A DNA stretch of 43,919 nucleotides, taken from assembly GCA_031282905.1 (NCBI GenBank), contig JAITCV010000049.1:1-43919 (forward strand). The letters run 5' to 3'. This document shows, piece after piece, positions 18,241-26,714 of the stretch. This stretch comes from Azoarcus sp. Lineage in GTDB: Bacteria > Pseudomonadota > Gammaproteobacteria > Burkholderiales > Rhodocyclaceae. Position 1 is the first letter of the stretch; the number at the start of each line of letters is the position of its first letter. The position numbers were made by a program, and so were the translations under genes. The notes below the pieces were generated by a model. The model was not told where the DNA came from. It did no database searches and worked only from the letters and a program-made list of their open reading frames with translations.

Positions 18241-18487
18241 GCGCCTCGCAATGACGAGGAGCAAGCCGAAGCGCCCGCAGTTGGATTAGCATAGCGTGAT
18301 TCGACACTCGTGCCCCACGATGCGCAGCACAAGCAAATCAAACAACAGCGGCGCAAACGCCGGTGAGAGACGATTGTCGGATTACGCCTTCGGCCAATCC
18401 AACCTACAAACCGGGTTTCCATGTCGCTTTGCGCCTCGCAATGACGAGGCGGGCGATTTCCTGGGAGCGCGGCCTCGCGATGACGGG
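18241..18487. repeat. mosaic of miniature repeats: 19-bp direct repeats flanking an inverted GTAG-type REP pair
   Basis: GCGCCTCGCAATGACGAGG at 18241-18259 and 18431-18449 (variant at about 18472-18487); GTTGGATTAGCATAGCGTGATTCGACA (18280-18306) inverted relative to TGTCGGATTACGCCTTCGGCCAATCCAACCTAC (18375-18407). Confidence 0.7.
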
Positions 18488-18564
18488 ATGGCAGATCGCC
18501 TCGCCGAGCTGTCCTGAACTGTCGCCTCTTTCACCCATACATTTGCATTTCGTTTTCCGCCGCC

Positions 18565-18963
18565 ATGGATCTGACGACTCCCGCGCTGCTTTTTCCCGCG
18601 ATCTCGCTGTTGCTGCTGGCCTATACCAACCGCTTCCTGACCCTTGCCCAGGTCATTCGCCAGCTCCATGCCTCGCCGGAGCGTGGCAGCGCCCTGGTGA
18701 GGCGGCAGATTCCCGGTCTCAAGCGCCGGATCAGCCTGATCCAGTATATGCAGTCGTTCGGCGTGCTGAGTTTTCTGCTGTGCGCGCTCTCCATGCTGGC
18801 GTTGTTCGTCCATGGCCAGGGCGCGGGCAAGCTGTTGTTCGGAATCAGCATCATCGCGTTGGCGTTGTCGCTCGTGCTTTCGTTGTGGGAAGTGTTGATT
18901 TCAACCAATGCGCTGACGATCGTGGTGGAAGATTTCGAACGCGAGGAACGTGGCGGAAAATGA
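18565..18963 (+). CDS. DUF2721-like membrane protein
   Basis: MDLTTPALLFPAISLLLLAYTNRFL.LA..IR.LH...E..IST.AL. Confidence 0.8.
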   Translation: MDLTTPALLFPAISLLLLAYTNRFLTLAQVIRQLHASPERGSALVRRQIPGLKRRISLIQYMQSFGVLSFLLCALSMLALFVHGQGAGKLLFGISIIALALSLVLSLWEVLISTNALTIVVEDFEREERGGK

Positions 18964-19017
18964 GCGTTTGATCCCCACTTTCGTTGCCGCCGCGTTTCTG
19001 GTTCCCGACTTCATGCC

Positions 19018-19932
19018 ATGGCCTCCGACGCATTCATCCTGATCATTTCCATGCTCGCGGCGGGGCAGATCTTCGCCCGCCTGAAAGCCTTGCCCGCATC
19101 CACGCCGGACGTACTGAACCGGATCGTGCTGTACCTGTGCCTGCCCGCCTCGGTGCTGCTCTCCCTGCCCAGACTCCATCCCCAGTGGTCGTTGGCCGGA
19201 CTCGCGTTCACCCCTTGGCTGGTCGGCGGCGTGGCGTGCGCGCTCCTGTGGCTCTGCCGTCGATGGGTAAAACTGCGTGATGATGAATTCGCGGTGCTGT
19301 TGCTCTGCATGCTGGGCAACACCGGCTTCGTGGGTTACCCGGTGGTGACGGCGCTGGTCGGCGAGGAAGCGCTGGCCTACGCGGTGATCTACGATCAGTT
19401 CGGCACCTTTCTGATGCTGTCGACCTATGGACTCTACATTTGCGCCCGCTATGGCGGTGGCGAGACGAAACCCGGCCCCGGCGAAATATTGCGCCGCATC
19501 CTGCGCTTTCCTCCGGCATGGGCGTTGGCGGCGGCGTTGACCGTGATGCCGGAATCGCCGCCCGGCTGGCTTGCCCATGGACTGCAAAGCCTCTCGGCGG
19601 CGATGTTGCCGCTGGTCATGCTCGCGGTAGGCTTCTCCCTGCGTTTCCAGCTACCGCTCGCCGAAATACGCGCGCTCACCCTTGGCCTGACACTCAAACT
19701 GTTGCTGCTGCCCGCATTGGTCTGGGGCTGCTCGCTGCTCGCCGGTCTCTCCGGTGACATACTGGATGTGAACGTGCTGGAAACCGCGATGCCGCCGATG
19801 ATCACCGCCGCCGTGCTCGCGATCGCCCATGGTCTCGCCCCCCGGCTCGCCGCCGCGCTGATCGGCTACGGCATTCTCGCCGCCATCTTCACCTTGCCGC
19901 TGTGGCGGGAAGTGTTGCGGTGGGCGGGATAA
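19018..19932 (+). CDS. AEC (auxin efflux carrier) family transporter
   Basis: About 10 TM segments; LN..VLY.CLPA, GNTGFVGYP, YDQFGTF, LETAMPPMITA. Confidence 0.9.
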   Translation: MASDAFILIISMLAAGQIFARLKALPASTPDVLNRIVLYLCLPASVLLSLPRLHPQWSLAGLAFTPWLVGGVACALLWLCRRWVKLRDDEFAVLLLCMLGNTGFVGYPVVTALVGEEALAYAVIYDQFGTFLMLSTYGLYICARYGGGETKPGPGEILRRILRFPPAWALAAALTVMPESPPGWLAHGLQSLSAAMLPLVMLAVGFSLRFQLPLAEIRALTLGLTLKLLLLPALVWGCSLLAGLSGDILDVNVLETAMPPMITAAVLAIAHGLAPRLAAALIGYGILAAIFTLPLWREVLRWAG

Positions 19933-20030
19933 AAGAGCTCGGCGAGCGCAACGACCCTGTCTTCCGGTTTGACACCCTTTCACCGATTCTCCAACATCGC
20001 CGGTTTCCGACTGTCCCCATTTCCAGGCAC

Positions 20031-21209
20031 ATGAACCGGCTCGAACATCTGCGCGTGGCGCTTGCCGCGCTCGACCGCGATCATCTGCGCCGCATCCGCC
20101 GCGACAACCAGCGCCCTTGCTCGCCCCGCGTCCTCATTGGCGGCAAGGAATACGTCGCCTTTTGCAGCAACGATTATCTCAGCCTCGCCGCAGACCCCCG
20201 GCTTGCCGAAGCACTCGCCGAGGGCGCGCGGCGCTGGGGTGCGGGCGCGGGCGCTTCTCACCTGGTGTCCGGCCATTACGCCGTGCAGCACGAACTCGAA
20301 CGGCGGCTCGCGACATTTGTCGGGCGCGAACGGGCACTCCTCTTTCCCGCCGGGTTCATGACCAATTGCGGCATCGTTCCGGCGTTGGTCGGGCGCGGCG
20401 ACGCCATCTTCGCCGATCGGCTGAATCACGCTTCGCTCATCGACGGCATGCTGCTGTCGCGCGCCAAGGCGCACCGTTACCCGCATCTCGATCTCGCCGC
20501 GCTCGAACGCCTGCTGGCCGCAAGCGATGCGCCGACGAAACTCATCGTGAGCGACGCCGTATTCAGCATGGATGGCGATGTCGCGCCCTTGCGCGCATTG
20601 ACGGCGCTCGCCGAACGATTCGACGCCTGGCTGCTGATCGATGACGCGCACGGTTTCGGCGTGCTCGGGCCGCAAGGGCGCGGCGCGCTCGCCGAAGCGG
20701 GCCTGCCCGGAGCCGCTGCCGAGAACTGGCGGCTCATCCAGGTCGGCACGCTTTCCAAGGCCGCGGGCGTCGCGGGCGCGTTCGTCGCGGGCGCGGACGA
20801 TGTCATCGAGTGGCTGATGCAGAAAACGCGCACCTATATTTTCACCACCGGCTCGCCCCCGGCGCTGGCGCAAGCCCTGCTCGTCAGCATCGAACTCATC
20901 GAAGAAGGCGAGGCCCGCCGCGCCCATCTTGCCGCGCTGATCGCGCGCCTCGCCGCCCGCCTCGCGCAAGAACGCTGGAGATTGCTGCCCTCGCGCACGC
21001 CGATCCAGCCGCTCATCGTCGGCGACAACGCCGTCGCGCTGGCGCTTGCCGCCGCGCTGATGGATGAAGGGCTGTGGGTACCCGCGATTCGCCCGCCCAC
21101 CGTGCCCCCGGGCAGCGCGCGGCTGCGCATCTCGCTGTCGGCGGCGCATGCGTTGGAAGAGGTCGACCGCCTAGCCGAAGCCATCAATCGACTGGAAAGC
21201 CGTTTGTGA
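20031..21209 (+). CDS. bioF: 8-amino-7-oxononanoate synthase
   Basis: FCSNDYLSLA, GAGASHLVSGH, DRLNHASLIDG, FSMDGD, DDAHGFG, GTLSKA, IRPPTVP. Confidence 0.97.
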   Translation: MNRLEHLRVALAALDRDHLRRIRRDNQRPCSPRVLIGGKEYVAFCSNDYLSLAADPRLAEALAEGARRWGAGAGASHLVSGHYAVQHELERRLATFVGRERALLFPAGFMTNCGIVPALVGRGDAIFADRLNHASLIDGMLLSRAKAHRYPHLDLAALERLLAASDAPTKLIVSDAVFSMDGDVAPLRALTALAERFDAWLLIDDAHGFGVLGPQGRGALAEAGLPGAAAENWRLIQVGTLSKAAGVAGAFVAGADDVIEWLMQKTRTYIFTTGSPPALAQALLVSIELIEEGEARRAHLAALIARLAARLAQERWRLLPSRTPIQPLIVGDNAVALALAAALMDEGLWVPAIRPPTVPPGSARLRISLSAAHALEEVDRLAEAINRLESRL

Positions 21210-21967
21210 ACGACGCCGGGAAAATGCCCATTGTTTTACTGCACGGATGGGGCATGACGCCGCTGGCCTGGCAAGCGATGATCGCCGCGTTGGGCGATGA
21301 GGGCCGCGAAGTCCACGCGCCCGCCCTGCCCGGCCATGATGCCCGCACGACAAGGCCGCCAGCCAGCCTCGCCGCCTGGGCCGAGGCGCTCGCCGCCACG
21401 CTGCCGCCCGCCGCCGTTCTCATCGGCTGGTCGCTGGGCGCGCTGCTCGCGCTCGAACTCGCCCGCACAAGACCACAGCGCGTTGCCCGCCTGATCCTGA
21501 TCGGGGCCACCCCCCGCTTCGCCGCCGCGCCCGATTGGCCGCACGGGGTGGATACCGCAACCGTTTCGGCTTTCATCAGCGATTACAACCGGCATCCGGC
21601 GGCGACCTTGCGCCGCTTCCTCGCCCTGCAAACCCTGGGCGATGCCGCCCGCCGCCGATTGCTCCCCGTCCTTGAAGCCGCCTGCGTGCCGCATGCCGGA
21701 CACGCTCTTCCCGCGCTGGCCGACGGATTGCGCATTCTTGCCGACGCCGATCTCCGCACCGACCTTGCGGCGATCACCCCCCCCATCCATCTCATCCATG
21801 GCGATGGTGACGCGCTGATGCCGCTTGCCGCCGCGCGCTGGCTCGCCGATGCCTTGCCCCATGCCCGCTTGAGCGTGCTGGAAAACCGCGGCCACGCCCC
21901 CTTGCTTTCAAACCCCGGCGAATGTGCCGCGCTGATCCGCCCCGATCTGGGCGCGGCAGAAGACTGA
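21206..21967 (+). CDS. bioH: pimeloyl-ACP methyl ester esterase (alpha/beta hydrolase)
   Basis: LLHGWG, GWSLG nucleophile, GDGDALMP, GHAPLLS; GTGA overlap with bioF. Confidence 0.88.
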   Translation: MNDAGKMPIVLLHGWGMTPLAWQAMIAALGDEGREVHAPALPGHDARTTRPPASLAAWAEALAATLPPAAVLIGWSLGALLALELARTRPQRVARLILIGATPRFAAAPDWPHGVDTATVSAFISDYNRHPAATLRRFLALQTLGDAARRRLLPVLEAACVPHAGHALPALADGLRILADADLRTDLAAITPPIHLIHGDGDALMPLAAARWLADALPHARLSVLENRGHAPLLSNPGECAALIRPDLGAAED

Positions 21968-21970
21968 ACC

Positions 21971-22771
21971 GTGACCGCCATCCCCCGCAAAAGCGAGATT
22001 CGCCGCGCCTTCGAACGCGCGGCCCCCACCTACGACAGCGCAGCCCAGGTGCAGCGCGAAGCCGCGACGCGCCTGTTTGCGTTCGGTCAGGAACACGTCC
22101 CCAGCCACACCGTGCGCCGGGTGCTCGACGCCGGCTGCGGCACCGGCCAGGCGCTGGCACGGCTGGGGTCATGCTATCCAGGCGCGCAAATCCTCGCCCT
22201 CGATTTTTCCGCCGCGATGCTGACCCGCGCCCGCGCCTGCCTCCCCCCTACCCTGCCCCCGGCCTTGCCCCTGTGCGCCGACATCGAACATTTGCCGCTT
22301 GCCAAAGCGTCGATCGACCTCTACTGGTCCAACCTCGCCGTGCAATGGTGCGCGCCGCAAGCCGTGCTGCGTGAAATCCATCGCGTGCTCGCCCCCGGCG
22401 GCATCGCCTGGATCGCCACCCTGGGGCCCCGCACCCTGCACGAATTGCGCGCGGCGTTTACCGCGGTCGACGCATCCGAACATGTGATCGCTTTCATCTC
22501 TCCGGAAAAATGGCATGATGCCGCACACGCCGCCGGATTCCACATCAGGGATGGCGTGCGTCTTTCGCTGCGCGCGCGCGCCCCCGACCTGAAAACCTTG
22601 CTGGCCGACATCAAAGCCATCGGCGCGCACACCATCGGCGAAAGGCGACGGATGTTGGGCAGGCAGGGCTGGCAAAAACTCCAGACCCGCTATGAGGCTT
22701 TCCGCGAACCCGGCGGCGCCCTGCCCGCGACTTACGACCTGCTTTTGTTTGTCCTGAGGAAACCCGCATGA
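21971..22771 (+). CDS. bioC: malonyl-ACP O-methyltransferase BioC (copy 2)
   Basis: IRRAFERAAPTYD.AA.VQ, VLDAGCGTG, SNLAVQWC, TLGP.TL.EL, KAIGAH; inside the bioFH-D operon. Confidence 0.9.
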   Translation: MTAIPRKSEIRRAFERAAPTYDSAAQVQREAATRLFAFGQEHVPSHTVRRVLDAGCGTGQALARLGSCYPGAQILALDFSAAMLTRARACLPPTLPPALPLCADIEHLPLAKASIDLYWSNLAVQWCAPQAVLREIHRVLAPGGIAWIATLGPRTLHELRAAFTAVDASEHVIAFISPEKWHDAAHAAGFHIRDGVRLSLRARAPDLKTLLADIKAIGAHTIGERRRMLGRQGWQKLQTRYEAFREPGGALPATYDLLLFVLRKPA

Positions 22772-23445
22772 GCGCATTCCGTGCCTGGTTCGTCACCGGA
22801 ACCGACACTGAAATCGGCAAGACCTTCGCCACCAGCGTGCTCATCCACGCCACCCGCTCCCTGGGCTATACCACCCTGGGGATGAAACCCATCTCGGCGG
22901 GCGTGTCGACGCGCGACAGTGGCGTCGTCAATGACGACGTAGTCCGGCTGCTCGCCGCCAGCAGCGCCCCGCCCAATCTCGCGCTCATCAACCCCTACTG
23001 TCTGCGCGCGCCGATTTCGCCCCATCTCGCGGCGCAGGAAGAAGGCGTGCATATCGACCCCATCCGCATCAAACAGACGCTGCTCACCCTGCGCCAATAT
23101 TGTGAGCGGGTATTCATCGAAGGCGTCGGGGGATTCCGGGTGCCCTTGGGCGAACACCTCGACACCGCCGATCTGGCCTGTGCGCTGGGGCTGCCGATGA
23201 TCCTGGTCGTCGGCATGCGCCTGGGCTGCATCAACCACGCCCTGCTCACCACCGAAGCCATCGCCGCGCGCGGCCTGCGCCTGGCGGGCTGGATCGCCAA
23301 TTGCATCGATCCGGACATGGATCGCCAGGACGAGAACATCGACAGCCTGCGCCGACGCATCCACGCGCCCTTCCTCGGTAGCCTGCCCTATTCCCCAGGC
23401 ATCTCGCCCGCCGAACTGGCCCATCTCCTGATCATGCCGGCTTGA
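22768..23445 (+). CDS. bioD: dethiobiotin synthase
   Basis: FVTGTDTEIGKT, KPISAG, SPHLAA, IEGVGG, LGCINHALLT. Confidence 0.96.
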   Translation: MSAFRAWFVTGTDTEIGKTFATSVLIHATRSLGYTTLGMKPISAGVSTRDSGVVNDDVVRLLAASSAPPNLALINPYCLRAPISPHLAAQEEGVHIDPIRIKQTLLTLRQYCERVFIEGVGGFRVPLGEHLDTADLACALGLPMILVVGMRLGCINHALLTTEAIAARGLRLAGWIANCIDPDMDRQDENIDSLRRRIHAPFLGSLPYSPGISPAELAHLLIMPA

Positions 23446-23509
23446 AGTCCGGGCCCCCTTGGGGCGCGCCCCATCATCTGGTCTCCAGGCTGCCCCCAGC
23501 CACGGCGCT

Positions 23510-23565
23510 TGGCCCCCGCAATGACAATTTGACCTCATTGCGAGGGCCATGGCCCGTGGCAATCG
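23510..23565. repeat. CGCAATGAC/TCATTGCGAG-type miniature inverted repeat
   Basis: CGCAATGA...TCATTGCGAG..CGTGGCAATC; same core as the 18241/18431 repeats. Confidence 0.5.
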
Positions 23566-23635
23566 AGGCTGGCTCGTTTGCCGCTCGCTTCCGTTGTCGA
23601 GTATATTGCCCGGATTATTTTTTCCTGGTTCCCGC

Positions 23636-23995
23636 ATGAATACTGTCACTTTGCAACGACTCGTCGTCGACGCCCTGGAAGACATCAAGGCGCGCGACAT
23701 CGAAGTCATCGACACGACCCGCCTGACCGCGCAGTTCGAGCGCGTCATCATCGCCAGCGCCGATTCAGGCCGGCAGACCCGCGCGCTGGCGCGCAGCGTG
23801 CAGGATCGCGTGCGCGCAGCCGGGGGCAAGGTGCTCGGCGTCGAGGGGGAGGAAAGCGGGGACTGGGTGCTGGTCGATCTCGGGGAAATCGTGGTGCACG
23901 TCATGCAGCCGGCCATCCGCAGTCACTATCGGCTCGAAGAACTGTGGAGCGCGAATCCGTCGGCGCGAAAAGTCCCGGTCACCGTCCCGGCCTGA
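23636..23995 (+). CDS. rsfS: ribosome silencing factor
   Basis: DALEDIKARDIEVID, S.RQTRALA, WVLVDLG.IVVHVMQP..R.HY.LEELW. Confidence 0.96.
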   Translation: MNTVTLQRLVVDALEDIKARDIEVIDTTRLTAQFERVIIASADSGRQTRALARSVQDRVRAAGGKVLGVEGEESGDWVLVDLGEIVVHVMQPAIRSHYRLEELWSANPSARKVPVTVPA

Positions 23996-23998
23996 GAC

Positions 23999-24469
23999 AT
24001 GAGACTGGTTGTCGTCGCCGTTGGTCACAAGATGCCGGATTGGGTGAGCGCCGGTTTCGACGAATTTGCCCGCAGGATGCCACGTGAATTACCGCTCGAA
24101 CTGATCGAAGTCAAGGCCGAAACGCGCGGCACGGGCAAGACTGCCAGCGCATTGGTGGAGGCCGAATCCATTCGCATCGAGGCGACATTGCCCGCGCGTT
24201 GCCGCAGGGTGGTGTTGGACGAGCGCGGCGCCGATCTCACCAGCATGGCGCTTGCCCGCCGGCTCGAAGATTGGCAGGCGGGAGGCGACGATGTCGCATT
24301 CATCATCGGCGGACCAGATGGTCTCGCCCGGACGCTGAAAGCCAGCGCGCACGAGGCGATTCGTCTCTCCAGTCTCACCTTGCCCCATGCCTTGGTGAGA
24401 CCCCTGCTGGCCGAGGCGCTCTATCGGGCATGGAGCATCAACCGTCACCATCCCTATCATCGCGCATAA
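23999..24469 (+). CDS. rlmH: 23S rRNA (pseudouridine1915-N3)-methyltransferase
   Basis: [42 protein letters not shown]......HPYHR. Confidence 0.97.
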   Translation: MRLVVVAVGHKMPDWVSAGFDEFARRMPRELPLELIEVKAETRGTGKTASALVEAESIRIEATLPARCRRVVLDERGADLTSMALARRLEDWQAGGDDVAFIIGGPDGLARTLKASAHEAIRLSSLTLPHALVRPLLAEALYRAWSINRHHPYHRA

Positions 24470-24505
24470 CTATTACTTTCAACCCCCCCCCCGCCGGAGC
24501 GCGTC

Positions 24506-25135
24506 ATGTCCGCCTTGCCTCATATCTATCTCGCTTCATCCAGCCCACGCCGCAGCGAGCTTTTGCGCCAGATCGGCGTCCAGTTCGATGTGTTGGTCTT
24601 TCGCGTGGGCGAGAACGCGGGCGGACGCGGCGAGGATGCCGATGTCGATGAAACCCCGCAGCCGGACGAGTCCGCCGATCGTTATGTCGAACGTATGGCA
24701 CTCACCAAGGCGGCAGCCGGCGTCCGCCGCCTGTTGTGGCGCAAATTGCCGCGCCAGCCGGTGCTCGCCGCCGATACCGTGGTCGAGATCGACGGCCAGA
24801 TCATCCGCAAGCCAGCGAACCTCGATGATGCTCGCGCCATCCTGTGGCACCTTTCGGGACGCGACCACCATGTGCTGACCGCGGTGGCGATCAGCGATGG
24901 CCAGAAAATCCGCTCCAAACTGTCGACGAACGATGTGCGTTTCCGCACGCTCTCGGAAGACGAGATCAGCCGCTATCTCGCCAGCGGCGAGCCCATCGAC
25001 AAAGCCGGAGCCTATGCCATCCAGGGCCATGCGGCGACCTTCATCGAGGAGATACGCGGCAGTTATTCCGGAATCATGGGCTTGCCGCTCTTCGAAACCG
25101 CGGCGCTGCTGGAAATCTTCGGCTACCCGCTGTAG
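24506..25135 (+). CDS. maf: Maf family nucleotide pyrophosphatase (YhdE-like)
   Basis: YLASSSPRR.ELL, DETP, ADTVV, DKAGAYAIQG, GSYSGIMGLPL. Confidence 0.95.
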   Translation: MSALPHIYLASSSPRRSELLRQIGVQFDVLVFRVGENAGGRGEDADVDETPQPDESADRYVERMALTKAAAGVRRLLWRKLPRQPVLAADTVVEIDGQIIRKPANLDDARAILWHLSGRDHHVLTAVAISDGQKIRSKLSTNDVRFRTLSEDEISRYLASGEPIDKAGAYAIQGHAATFIEEIRGSYSGIMGLPLFETAALLEIFGYPL

Positions 25136-25236
25136 GCTCCAGGCCGTTTCCGTCGCGCCACGGTCCGCCGCGCGCATTGTTTCAATCCACGTCCGGCAAG
25201 TGCGGACGAAATCTCTCGCTATTCCACTGAAATCTG

Positions 25237-26694
25237 ATGAGCATTGAATTCTTGCTGAATTTCACCCCGCAGGAGACGCGGGTCGCCGTCGTCGAGCAGG
25301 GCGTGGTCCAGGAACTGCATGTCGAGCGCGTCGCCAGCCGCGGCATCGTCGGCAATATCTATCTCGGCCGGGTGGCGCGGGTATTGCCGGGAATGCAATC
25401 AGCATTCATCGAGATCGGACTGGAGCGTACCGCCTTTCTCCACGTCGCCGATATCTGGCGCGAGCGCCAGAATGGCGAGGCCGCGCGTCCGATCGAGAAA
25501 ATCCTCGTCGAAGGCCAGAGCATCCTGGTGCAGGTGCAAAAGGATCCGCTTGGCACCAAGGGCGCGCGGCTGTCTACCCAGATGAGCCTCGCCGGGCGGC
25601 TGCTTGTCTATTTGCCCCAGGATAAGCACATTGGCATTTCCCAGCGCATCGGCGACGAGCTCGAGCGCGAGCAGTTGCGTGAGCGCCTCGCCCGCCTCAT
25701 GCCCGATGACGAACCGGGCGGCTTCATCGTTCGCACCATGGCCGAAAACGCGACCGACGAGGAGTTCGCCGCCGACATCGTCTATTTGCGGAAACTGTGG
25801 GGGGAAATCAGCAACGCCGCCGCCGCGGCTCAGGCGCCGCCCCGGCTGGTGCACGAAGATCTGAATCTGGCCCAGCGCGCCTTGCGCGATCTGGCCAATG
25901 ACGACACCACCCGCATTCGCATCGATTCGCGAGAGAATTTCGCCAGACTTTCCGCCTTCGCCGCCGAATACACGCCCAAGGTATTGCCGTTTCTCGAACA
26001 TTACGCCGGAGATCGTCCGCTCTTCGAGCTGTACAACATCGAAAGTGAAATCCAGAAGGCGCTTGCTCGCCGCGTCGATCTCAAATCCGGCGGCTACCTG
26101 ATCATCGACCAGACCGAGGCAATGACCACGGTCGATGTCAATACCGGTGGTTTTGTCGGCGCGCGCAATTTCGACGACACCATTTTCAAGACCAATCTCG
26201 AAGCCACCCACGCCATCGCTCGTCAATTGCGGCTGCGCAATCTGGGCGGCATCATCATCGTCGATTTCATCGACATGGAAACGGCCGAGCACCGTGACAT
26301 GGTGCTCGAAGAATACCGCAAGGCGCTCGCCCGCGATCATACCAAGATGAGCGTCAATGGTTTTACCGCGCTCGGTCTGGTGGAAATGACCCGCAAACGC
26401 ACCCGCGAATCGCTTGCCCACCTGCTGTGCGAACCCTGTCCGACCTGCGAGGGCCGCGGTGAAATAAAAACCGCGCGCACGGTGGCCTACGATATCCTGC
26501 GTGAAGTATTGCGCGAGGCGCGTCAATTCAATGCGCGTGAATTCCGCGTTCTCGCCGGCCCCGAGGTCATCAATCTCTTTCTCGATGAAGAAAGCCAGTC
26601 GCTGGCCGGCCTGTCGGATTTCATCGGCAAGAAGATCTCGCTTCACGCCGAAGCCAGTTACACCCAGGAACAATTCGATATCGTGTTGCTTTGA
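25237..26694 (+). CDS. rng: ribonuclease G
   Basis: TPQETRVA, GNIYLGRV.RVLPGMQSAF, TTVDVNTG, RLRNLGGIIIVDFIDM, EMTRKR, CPTCEGRG. Confidence 0.97.
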   Translation: MSIEFLLNFTPQETRVAVVEQGVVQELHVERVASRGIVGNIYLGRVARVLPGMQSAFIEIGLERTAFLHVADIWRERQNGEAARPIEKILVEGQSILVQVQKDPLGTKGARLSTQMSLAGRLLVYLPQDKHIGISQRIGDELEREQLRERLARLMPDDEPGGFIVRTMAENATDEEFAADIVYLRKLWGEISNAAAAAQAPPRLVHEDLNLAQRALRDLANDDTTRIRIDSRENFARLSAFAAEYTPKVLPFLEHYAGDRPLFELYNIESEIQKALARRVDLKSGGYLIIDQTEAMTTVDVNTGGFVGARNFDDTIFKTNLEATHAIARQLRLRNLGGIIIVDFIDMETAEHRDMVLEEYRKALARDHTKMSVNGFTALGLVEMTRKRTRESLAHLLCEPCPTCEGRGEIKTARTVAYDILREVLREARQFNAREFRVLAGPEVINLFLDEESQSLAGLSDFIGKKISLHAEASYTQEQFDIVLL

Positions 26695-26714
26695 GTTCAT
26701 CCCCGGAATGCGCC

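Noticed and set aside
8279-18487. Repeats as a CRISPR array or integron attC sites
   Set aside because: No regular repeat-spacer period, no cas or intI gene, and no clear RYYYAAC/GTTRRRY boxes; they fit REP-type palindromes.
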